Positions 21,701-32,042 of a stretch of 64,000 bases of DNA are shown piece by piece (position 1 is the stretch's first letter; every line of letters starts with the position of its first letter). The notes under the pieces were generated by a model, which did not search any database, was not told the DNA's origin, and worked only from the letters and a program-made list of their open reading frames with translations. Source of the stretch: Monocercomonoides exilis PA203 (lineage: Eukaryota; Protista; Preaxostyla); the NCBI GenBank assembly GCA_001643675.2, contig LSRY02000006.1, forward strand, positions 1,612,001 through 1,676,000, read 5' to 3'. The translations under genes and the position numbers were made by a program.

Positions 21701-24620
21701 GCTGGCTTTCTTTATCCAGCCGTTGGAGTATGGAATCCTGCTGCGACATCGCATTCAGATATCAAGCGACTTTGCTGGGGAACTGATGAAGCGCGAGATG
21801 AAAGAGCTTGTTGGAACCGACCAGTCATCTGCACCAAAAGCAGAGTTCTTCTTCACTGACGATGCAACCATCAACTCGCTTGTGGATCAGATCATCCTGT
21901 CGGGGCTGCCTGGATTCCATCTCGAGTCTGCCAGCACACTGGGCGAAATGAACTACTCTTCCTTTGTGCTCTTCAAGACATACGCATCTGCCACAGGCAA
22001 AGTGTGGACGGATGTTGAGGTGTCTGCAGGAATCAGCGAAAATCCGTTCCAGATGGTCGGTCCAGCACACACACTGCCTCTGAGCCAGCCAGTTGCATTG
22101 CGCGAGGCTATCTGCAAGGAGGATGCAAAGGAGTGCTTCTTCGGAAGCAGCATTCCGATGGCAATTGTTCCGCGACACGAGACACTCAAAGGAATTGTTG
22201 CTGTGTTCCGCCACGGTGATCGAAAGCCCAAGCAGAAAATGAAGCTGAATGTAACGAACACGAAAGTTTTGGACTTGTTTTTCCCGCTGGAGGAGATTAA
22301 CCTTATCATAAATGCACAATCTCTTCCAGATTCTCTGAAGAAGTGCGTGATAACTGCTTCTCGTTCCTTTGATAAAAAAACATGGGCACAAACATTTGGC
22401 AATCCTGAGGACGCGATGTCTTCAACAGCCTCTGTTGGAGCTGCCGGCAAAGAAGCTGCGCCTCGCTGGCCTGACTCCATCCTTCTGAAACAGGAATACT
22501 CAAACGAGCAGTTTGAGTCGCTGATTAGTCTGCTTGTTGAAGTCATTCACGACAGCAGCAGGAAGCAAGAGGACGAAAAGCACAAGCCAGTTCTGTCGAT
22601 GCGGCAGAGGCAGAACGATGAGTATGAAGGATACATCAACCTGCACGCTGTCCTCTCAAAAAGCTATGTCGGCATGAAGATCCAAGTGAAGCCCACGAAA
22701 GTTCAGCTGCGAACTGTTCGGATTCCGCAGCCCACTCAGAAAGCAAACACTTCCTCTTTCAAGCCAATCGCAGACACGTCGCGAAGGCAGCGCTCCACTT
22801 TCCCCAGGCTCAAAGCAAAAGTGGACGAATTCCTTCGCTTCCTGCGGACGGCTGCGGCTTCTCCTCCAACTGCCTCTGGCATCGGTGACAGTAGCAATGC
22901 AAATCTCTCTGCTTCTCAATCATCCCTCTCTTCAGCATACCCCCACTCATCGTCTGCCCCTGCTCCGATTGTTCCTGAATATCGAGAAAAGCAGATCGTT
23001 GTTGTAACTGAAGCATTGCTTATTGTGAAATGGGGTGGCAGCCTGACACATGCAGGATATCATCAATCGAAGCAACTGGGAAGCCTGTTTCGTGAAACGG
23101 TGCTTCCGCTGGACAGGGGAGAGTGCAGAACATTCCTGGACAATGTGCATGTGTTCACGAATGGCGAGAGAAGAGTGGAGAGAACAGCAAGAGCATTCAC
23201 CGAAGCGCTGTTTGGTTTGGATGATCATGAGCTGGTGCAAATAACTCTTGCCTCTCAACTGCTCGATACGGTGCCAGACGAAGCAAGAGACTTTCTTGTT
23301 CAAACCAAAAAGAGGATGCAAAAGATTATGCTTATGAACTATGATTTTTCTATCTCGGGGCAGCCTTTGATAACTCCGGAATCGGAAAAGAATGTATATC
23401 TCAATTCTTCGTCTTCCTCAGCATCTTCTTCTTCTTCCACAAACTCTTCTGCAAATTCAAATTCCACAACTAATCTATCTTCAGCAGTTAATGACACATT
23501 TTCTGCTCTTCAGCCTTCGCATTCAGATTCGCTTTCGTCTCTCACACAATCGCGGGCAGCATCGTCTCCTATATCCACATCTCCGTCTGCTTCATCTCCG
23601 ACTTCTTCGTTCACATTTCGATCAACACTTTCTAATTCTTCTTTGAACATGTCTTCATCTCCATCATATGTGCCACATCGCTTCCACGCAAACATCGAGA
23701 AAATCAAAAATTCACTGCGTGTTTCGGAAGAAGAGCGCAACGACTTCAAAGGAACAACAAACGAGGCTGAGTTTGGGAAGCTTGCGAAAGAGTTTGTGGA
23801 TGACATCATGCGGTGCAAGCCATGGGGCCTGGCGCAGATTGGAAACCCGCTTGCGCGTCTGGTGCGTCTTGACAGAGGGATACAGTCGTTGAGGGATGAT
23901 CTGGCACAGAAAGTGGATCAGCTTGATCCCACACAGTATTATGCCCCAATGTGCGAGCATGAGTCATTTCGCACCATGCAGCATCGATGGGAGAAGGCTA
24001 CTGTTGATCTCCATGACCCAACGACCAACATATGGGATGTGACTAAGATTGGAGATATTTACGATTCGATCCGGTTTGATGTGATTCACATGAAGGACAT
24101 CTTGTCGCGCCTTTCTGTTCCAATGAACGACCTGCTTTCGAATGCAAAGGCATTGGCAGACTTCTGGGTGACACAAGAATTTGGCATTTCACATCAAGAT
24201 AAATTCAAAATAGGAAAGCTCATTGCTGGCCCACTGATGAGCCATATTGTGTCGAATATTGAAAATGCAGCGTTTAATTCCGCGCCATCAGTTGATCTGT
24301 ACTTCACCTCTGAATCTCATCTTCATGGGCTTTTGAACTTGATCATGCTTTCTGGGATTGACGGACTGATGTTGGATCGGGAAAGCATAATGGGGTTGGA
24401 CTATCTGACACACATTATTTTCAAAGTGTATGAAGCTGAACAGTCAAAAACATTTAGAGTCGAATTGTACATCTCAAGTGGAGCAATTCCATGCAATCCA
24501 AAAATGGATCTTGGTCAGACTCATGCTCTCCCTATTGAATCTCCATTCCTTGTTCACGAAGGCTTAACTCTTGTTCAGCTCAGACAAATTTTAGAATCAT
24601 TTGGTCCTGTTAGTAAATGA
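15765..24620 (+). CDS. VIP1: Inositol hexakisphosphate/diphosphoinositol-pentakisphosphate kinase (PPIP5K/Vip1) with tandem histidine-phosphatase domains; exons 15765-15959, 16014-24620
   Basis: Phase-0 intron 15960-16013 (GT..AG). ATP-grasp kinase motifs: LGVCVMDKKATSKPM, WPHCDILLSFFSGGFP, KPFVEKP..EDH, GGGAR.MFRK, YLYEEF, DVKVY, RKSPTVDG, VCGFDMLR, VCDVNGWSFVK. Phosphatase motifs: RHGDRKPKQKMK, LLIVKWGGSLT, LYFTSESH, LDYLTHIIF. Confidence 0.95.
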
Positions 24621-25118
24621 AGATTGTGTTATTGATTAGAAATGTTAATCGATTACAATAATCGTTTTCTTCTATATTTATTTATATATATTTCGCATTT
24701 TGTTTTATAAGTTTTTATGATTTCGTTTTGCTCTGTATGTTTTTTTGGAGCATTACTTTACAACATTTCAGTGTACGCGAAGAGCATAACTATTCATTCA
24801 TTTGGCTTTATTTGTAAAAAATTTTTTAAATTAAAAAAAACAGAAGAAAAGTTCAATTTTATCTGCCTGTCAATCTCCCTCATTTTTTTATAGAAAACAG
24901 ACTTTTTTCTCATACACTGTTTCATATGTTCACACACGTTGATAAAATGATGGTTGAATTTCAATTTAATGACACTTTTTTCATGAAATTGAGAATAGTT
25001 GTCATTAATAAAAATGTGAGATAAATAATACAAATTTCATTATGATAATACAAAGAAAAATTTCTTATAATTCAAAAAGATTAAATGGAATTGAAATTCT
25101 CATACCCATAAGAAACGA

Positions 25119-25803
25119 ATGTCGATAATATCTTCATCATCCAGCAATGACGGCGATTCTCTGTGGCATTCAATGCCCAAGGTGAATGCAGAATTATTTT
25201 CAATGACATACGGGGCTATTGTTGCGCAAATATTAAAAGATTACGAAGAACCAGAAGAAGTTAACGGAATGTTGTTTCGAATGGGTCAGTTCATTGGACG
25301 AAGGCTTGTTGATGAATTCTTTGCAAAATCAAAAATACCAACTTGTGGAAGCATTAGGGAAACAGCAGATAATATCGCTAAAGTATTTGTTTTTAATTCA
25401 TACGATAAATGTTTTTATTTTTTCTGTTGTTTTAAAAATCAAAAGATTGGATTCAAAATGTTTCTTGGAATTCAAGCGCAAACAACTTTTCCTGGTCCAG
25501 AAAATGTGTTTCATATTATTTTCAAAGATAATCCAATGACAGAATTTGTTGAAGTTTGCAATATAATAATTATTTCTTTTTAAATTGTAAAATCAATCAA
25601 ATGCTTTCATATAGCTACCCGAAAAGTTGCAATCCATTTCATATTGCAATGTTTTGTGTGGTGTAATTCAAGGTGCTCTCGAAATGGTTCACATCACATC
25701 AGCGTGTACTTTTGTTCAAGATCAACTGAAAGGAAATGAGGTTAATGAAATGAGAGTCGAGATACGAGGAACATTAAAAGAAGGTTCTGGTGCAGGAGAA
25801 TAA
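25119..25803 (+). CDS. BET3: TRAPP complex subunit Bet3/TRAPPC3; exons 25119-25382, 25446-25553, 25615-25803
   Basis: KVNAELFSMTYGAIVAQILKDYE, MGQFIGRRLVDEFFAK, TADNIAK|IGFKMFLG, NPMTEFVE|LP, YCNVLCGVIQGALEMV, FVQDQLKG; TAA at 25801-25803. Confidence 0.95.
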
Positions 25804-26240
25804 ATATGTATGCATTTCATATTGGCTTTTTTTTAAGAGAGATTTTTATACAATCTTTCAAGATAATATCTGTTCAATAAATCATAAACAAATTCTTAAA
25901 TTTTTTTCACAATAATATAAAATTGGAGAACGAAGAAGAAATTAGGTAAAATATACAAGTTGATTGGAAAATTTGAGTTCAGTAATAAAACGACAAAACA
26001 TATAAAATTACATGAAGAGGATAATATCTGTTTAAAAAGGAACTATTTTCTTTTTCTAACATCCAAAAAAGATTGAAGATCCGACCAGATCTTGCAGCAA
26101 ACAAAGGAAGAACGATTTAAGTTCACAAAAGAGAAATAGAAGATCATCTAACATTTACACCACGATACTTACAGTTTACGTTCCAGAACACTATTTTACA
26201 TTTTGTTGAATAAAAAATAATTTTCTTGTTAAGCATGCCT

Positions 26241-28945
26241 TCAAGGATGGATAGAGGAAGTTATTAAAATCTGCTGATGTGAATTTGATGGTGTGTGTTG
26301 TGTGTTATTAGAAGATGAGATGATTGTCGGAACAGTTGGTGTAGACTCTGTCGAAGGAATAGAATCAGGCGGCGACGAAAGAGAGTTTGGAATGAAGCTT
26401 GAGGAAGGAGAGGCGGTTGGCGGGATGGATGTAGGCAAAGTGAGCGAAGTGCTGATGCTCTCAGTGACTGCGGGTGTGCAGCGAGCAGATGAGTGCGAAG
26501 AGTGCGGAGAAGAGGCAGTGAGAACTGGCGAAGTGGGGTTGGATGAAGTGCTTAGAATAGAAATGGCAGAGGAACTGCTAGAGCTTCCAGTTGAATTAGA
26601 AGATGGAGAAGTAGAAGATGAAGAAGAAGTGCTTTGAAGTGACAGCTGTGAGAAGTATGATGGTTGCCTAGCAAATACACTTGGCGGAGAAATGAATTGA
26701 GCGCGCGACGAGGCAGCCTTTGGCGATGGGGCAACAGGAAGAGGCGAATATGACATTGACAGAGAAGAAGGCTTCCGTTGAAGTGGCGGAGTCTGCTTTG
26801 ATTTCCCGTATGAAGAAGTCGATGGAGAGAGAACAGACTTCTTTCTGCTTTCGTCGCGCTTTGAAGGAATTACAAACTGCTCTCTGGGAACAGACATGAA
26901 GTTGGTGTTATCCTGCTCATTAGGCTGAGAGCTGCCATTGTGAGTGGTAAGATGAGAGTAAGAGCCAGAAATAGACGAGGAAAGTCCTCTTTGATGTGTT
27001 GTGTGTTCAGAGCCAGCATTCAGCGGAGGCTTGCAGAGCTGAGACGCCGATCCTGAGTGAAGCGAGAAAGCACTGCCTCGTCGCGGCAAGATGGTGAACA
27101 AAGGAGATGACGGAGATATTGCCATTGTTGATAGAACAGCCTGTGTCTTGGATCTGTTTCCGAGATGAGATACAGATGGTACGGGAGAAGGTGAAGGAGA
27201 TGTGGCAGAAGAAGATCCCGTATTTGAAGAGTCGAAGCGAGGAAATACAGACATAGAAGCAGAGGCAATTCGATTTGGGGTTATTGCCTGTGAATTCATG
27301 AACGAAGATTGCTTGTTTTTCTGCACCAGTTGTGAAAGCGAGGAAGAAGGTAAGACAGGCAATGGCTTTGAGGCAGCATTTGGAGAGAAGATAATGGAAT
27401 GTTGATTTCTCCCTTTCATAAAAGATGAGGATTCTTGCTCTTGATCATCAAGGTCATTCTTTCCTTCTTGCATCAAACCTTCGTTTCCGGCTTTTTCGTG
27501 CCCTTTTGTTGGTTTCTTGTTCTTCTTCCGCCTTCCATTTGAGTCGTACTCTTCTTCGCTGTCTGACTCCTCTTCATCAGACTCCAGCTCATCCTCGCCT
27601 ATCCCTTCCACTCGCTCTTCAGTTGCATCAATCCCAATTTCGTCCTCTTCTCTTTCATCGCTGTCGCCATTCCCTCCTTCAGCCCCGTTCATCTGAAGCA
27701 GCATTTCCCTCACCTCTTCAGGCAATGTCATCTCGTTCTTCACTTTCTCTGTGATAATCATTGAGTCTTCGCGAAACTCAAAATTCAGCCTTGACATCTC
27801 AAAAAATGGGACAACTGGCACAGGAGTGTGAACTGACTGGACAGAAGATACTTTCGAAAGAGAAGGTGCAGGATGAATTGAAGAGGCTGGTATGTTATTT
27901 TTGGATCCACTGGAATTGTTTGAAATGTTGTTCGAAGTGCTGACATGGTTTATTAGTTCATTTGACAAATTGGATGAAGAAGAAGTTATTGTTGAATTAG
28001 TTGTCCCGCTGTCTAAAAGTGATGCATGCGAATTTGCGGCTGATGTTAATGAGTGCTGAGAAGGATGTGAATCGCTAGATTTTGGTACTTGCATTGAAGA
28101 AATTGAGCCTGTTGTGGATTCTGAAAAACTTGATGAGTCATTGTTTGAAAGAGGTACCGTTGTTGGAATATCTGTTGGAACAGAAGACAATGGAGGTATC
28201 GCAATAGGTTGTGAAATTTGTAAAGTGTTAAACTGTGTTGATTCCGTTGATAGTTTATCTTGTTGTAATACTGTCTCTGTTGTCATTGCATGCGTGCAAT
28301 CAGGAGAGATATCGCAAGGGGAATGCTGCGAACTCATTGCGGAGTTACTAATTCCTACACTCTCTGCACCAACCTACAATGCAATATGCAAATAACAAAA
28401 AAAATTGACTGTTCTCAATTAAAAATCAAATATAGTCAAACCATTGGCGTCATATCTGAATGTCGATCTCCAGATGGAAATTGTCTTGTTAATTTTTCAT
28501 AGTGATATATCTGATAATGATGAATATAAAGAAATGGAAAGATTACGAATGATATCACTGTTCCAATCGATAGAAAAGTATAATATGTAATTGGATTTGA
28601 ATCTGTCATTCCAGATACAAAATCAAATATAACTGCAAATAATTCTATTATAATGCAATATAGTGGTGTTCTAATTCAGTTGATATAAATTTTAAATTTC
28701 AATTGTCAAGTAAACAAAATAAAAATTAATAAAAACCGTTTGATTTTTGTGTGTTCAAATTTATGCAGAGGTTGATACAACGGAAGTGCAAGTGCCAATG
28801 TTAGAAAGTGTATGGCAAATGGTATCCAACAGGAAAATATGAATCCGACAATAATTCCAGCAATTTGAGCTATTAATAGAACTGTTGTGAATATTAACAA
28901 TCTTGAGTTTCTAACTGGTGACGAAATAGTTGGAGTATGATTCAT
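26241..28945 (-). CDS. Hypothetical protein with about 4 N-terminal TM helices and a long Ser/Thr/Pro-rich tail; exons 28945-28737, 28670-28442, 28373-26241
   Basis: Two GT-AG introns join the 80-aa hydrophobic ORF, an unlisted hydrophobic exon (TPLYCIIIELFAVIFDFVSG..YYTFLSIGTVISFVIFPFLYI) and the 698-aa ORF in frame. Confidence 0.7.
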
Positions 28946-29616
28946 CAACGTTTATTTTGTATTACAGCTATTGAATCGACGTTGTTATCCGTTTATTTAA
29001 ACTAAAAGAAGAAATGTTAGATCTATTTCCCATTACTTACTTTTGATTGATAGATTTTTAACACTTTTATGTATTCATTCAATAAATTTTTCGTCAACGC
29101 AAAAAATGAAAACATAACATATGAAGCAAATGAGATGACAATCCTTCATTATTATTATTATCAATTGACTTTTTCAACAAAAACAAAAATATTGTTGCAC
29201 CAAAAATAAAAAAATAATGTATATTTAACAAAAATGGTTTTCTAAAATAAATGACTGCTCTTAAAAACAAATTTTATTGATGAAGTTTTTCGGTTCAAAT
29301 TTTAATAAAGAAAACATGTTAAAGAAAACTGATTATTGAAAATTCCATTTTTTGAGAATTTTGAGCTGAATCAATCTCAAGTATTTATTTATAAAATGTT
29401 GATTCCCGTTTCACATTTGAATGAAGATTTTCTTTCACAAAAAAATAAATTTTTCAAAAAATCAACACACTGACATAAATAATGAGTTAAATAATCATTA
29501 TCTGATTGACAGATCAAGAATCATTTTTGAAATTATTTTGATTTCAAAATTGTTGTGGTCTTTCTTTTTAAAAATTAGAAAGTCTTCATTATCATTCATC
29601 ATTTAAATGAGATATC

Positions 29617-29712
29617 TTTCTTTCTTTTTTCTTTTTTCTTTTTTCTTTTTTCTTTTTTCTTTTTCTTTTTCTTTTTCTTTTTCTTTTTCTTTTTCTTTTT
29701 CTTTTTCTTTTT
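29617..29712. repeat. Polypyrimidine (T5-6C)n tandem array
   Basis: About 95 bp of alternating ttttttc/tttttc units. Confidence 0.85.
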
Positions 29713-29887
29713 GTTTTAATTTTTTGTATTTTTGAATAAATATTTCACTCTATCAATTGAAATCTTTTTATCATCATAATTTTTCCATAAAAACGGTTAG
29801 ATCAAAGAATGTTTTGAAAATCTTTGTGTAGAATAAAATTTTTATAATAATAACATTGGAGACTATTTGAAGAGAATTGTGAGGTAA

Positions 29888-30533
29888 TAGTCGATTAGAT
29901 CGACACCCTAAAAAATCGATAAGTCAACTTAATATTTGAATAAAATAACTTGTTTTGCTGATAGAAGTTTATTGACAAACTTTTAACAAAGTTTAATTTC
30001 CATGTTTTTTTAACCTAAAAATGAGGAATTATATATAAAAAAGGGAATTATGATCATTAACATTACCTTTCAAGAATACGATTTGTGAAAAAAATAGGAA
30101 TTCACAACCTATTTTGAAGTTTTCACATTGAAGAAACATGATAAATATGATTAAAGAAAAGAAATCTCCCTATAGAAATGAGAATGAGAGGAGTGAAAAG
30201 CATTTGTTTTTTTCTATTATTGTGAAAATATTAATAGGGGAGAGCTGATCGAATTAAGAAATCAAAAATAAAAAGAATCTGAAGGCACAGTTGATTTATT
30301 CTTTGATTAAACAACGAAATATCGTTTACTAAAACTGTTAAAAAAGAAATTTTGACGAATGAGATACCGAAGTCAAACCCAAAGTGGTATTAATTAATTG
30401 CTCCTTTTTCCGCTTCAAACCCTAATTTCAAAACTCAAATGCTTTAAAACACATTTATTATTATATGTTTGTTATTCCTATCAAAAAGAAATCCAAAAAT
30501 TTGAATATTTTTGGGTGTCGATCTAATCGACTA
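29888..30533. mobile_element. ~646-bp MITE-like element with perfect 21-bp terminal inverted repeats
   Basis: tagtcgattagatcgacaccc at 29888-29908 and its exact reverse complement at 30513-30533; AT-rich non-coding interior. Ends are compatible with a TA or AAT target duplication. Confidence 0.7.
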
Positions 30534-31188
30534 ATGCCAATTGTGCAATTCAAACATTTTATGGATATACAGGCAAAACCTGATGCAATCACATCAAATA
30601 TATTTTGCATCGAAAATAATCACATTCTTCTGTTCAGGAACATTTTTAGCCTTTTTTCATTCATTTCACTTTGTATGAAATCACATAGAATAACAGTATA
30701 ATTTCATTTTATTTCTTGATAGGTCTTTTTTTAGAAAAATATCGACATTTTGAATTTGAATTAGAAAATTTTTCACATTTTCGAAAAACTTTTTAAAGAA
30801 CGCGTAATAATAGATGCAAATGATGAAAATGGTTTTTGCAAGTGATTCATGCGAATTCAAAATTAAAATACGAATATCGAAAAATGCTATCAATAATTCA
30901 CATTTTCTGAGTTTTATTTTTTTCTGTGTTCATTCAATTCTCTTTCAATTTCAATCAAAAATAATTACGATAAGTTAAACAAAACCCAAAGTGATTATTT
31001 CCCGATTATGACTGTTTTGCAGTTAATTTTTAACAAAGGTTTCATTCAATCAATATTGATTTCGAATCAATCACAATTTTTCGTTATGTTATAAACTTGA
31101 TGAATTATTATGCACGTATTTCAAAATAATCATTTATTGTCTCAGTGTTTAGCAAGAATCCAATATTTCACAACAAAGATTCTTCGAA

Positions 31189-31237
31189 ATGGGTGATTAT
31201 TTAAGAAATCATAACTTTTTTCGGAGTGTTGATTTTC
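31189..31237. repeat. Dispersed copy of the F-element end from 7866-7914
   Basis: atgggtgattatttaagaaatcataacttttttcggagtgttgattttc matches the reverse complement of about 7866-7914 with 4 mismatches. Confidence 0.75.
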
Positions 31238-32042
31238 CAAAAGTTTTATATCTTTGGAGAGGAATTATTCATTTAAAAAAAAAAAACCTGATAATTGTTG
31301 AAAATTTCGATAATTGAGATGATATTCATCAAAAAATTATCTTTGAAAAAAGAAAGGACTTTTCAGTATTTAATTGTTATTTCAGCAAGTCTGTCAATTC
31401 TTCAAATTTTTATTCTTCAAGTCCATCAGGAACACAGGCTTCATTTAAGTGAAAAGACAAACTATTTTAACAAGATTCAAAAAAGTTGTCAAAATTAACG
31501 AAATAATAATTCTGCCTAATTTCAAAATGACATCAATTCAAAAACGTTAAACAACAATTTGATGTTGAATATTTAAACTCATAATATTGTTTTTTTAAAG
31601 AAAAAAAGAATTTGAATTGTTGCTATTTTATATAATTGTCAAGGCAATTACTTTTTGGCTCACAAAAATAATAATATTAATTATAACAGGTGATTTTCAC
31701 GAAAAATATGATATCAGTATCATCTAAATTGGATATAATTACAAAAAACCGTGCTAAATTGAAAGAGATTATAACAGATTAAAGGTGCATTCAACAAATA
31801 GAATTTAACAAAGTGTTTTAAAAACCAAAAAATTCATAAAAACGAAAAAAATAAAAAAATTTTTTTCATTAACAAAATCTTTAACTTTTTGAAAGAGATA
31901 AGCAAAGGTATAAATAATGTGTGATTTATAATTGGCAAAAGTAATTTTTGGTGGATAAACGATAAGTCATATTTGAAGGTTCCACTCAATTTGATGAAAT
32001 AAAAAGAATCTCTCTTTTAAAATTAGATAAAATACTTGTGAT

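Noticed and set aside
16030-24176. Many 60-200-aa antisense and alternate-frame ORFs inside PPIP5K (likewise inside the other large genes)
   Set aside because: Shadows of GC-richer, low-complexity coding sequence; no recognisable motifs.
13179-24620. Adjacent nucleotidase and PPIP5K as a phosphate-homeostasis gene cluster
   Set aside because: Adjacency alone is uninformative in a gene-dense eukaryotic genome; no shared motif or synteny evidence.
26165-26180. ATACTTAC resembling the U1 snRNA 5' end
   Set aside because: Continues ACAG rather than ACCTG, and no U1 stem-loops or Sm site are evident downstream.
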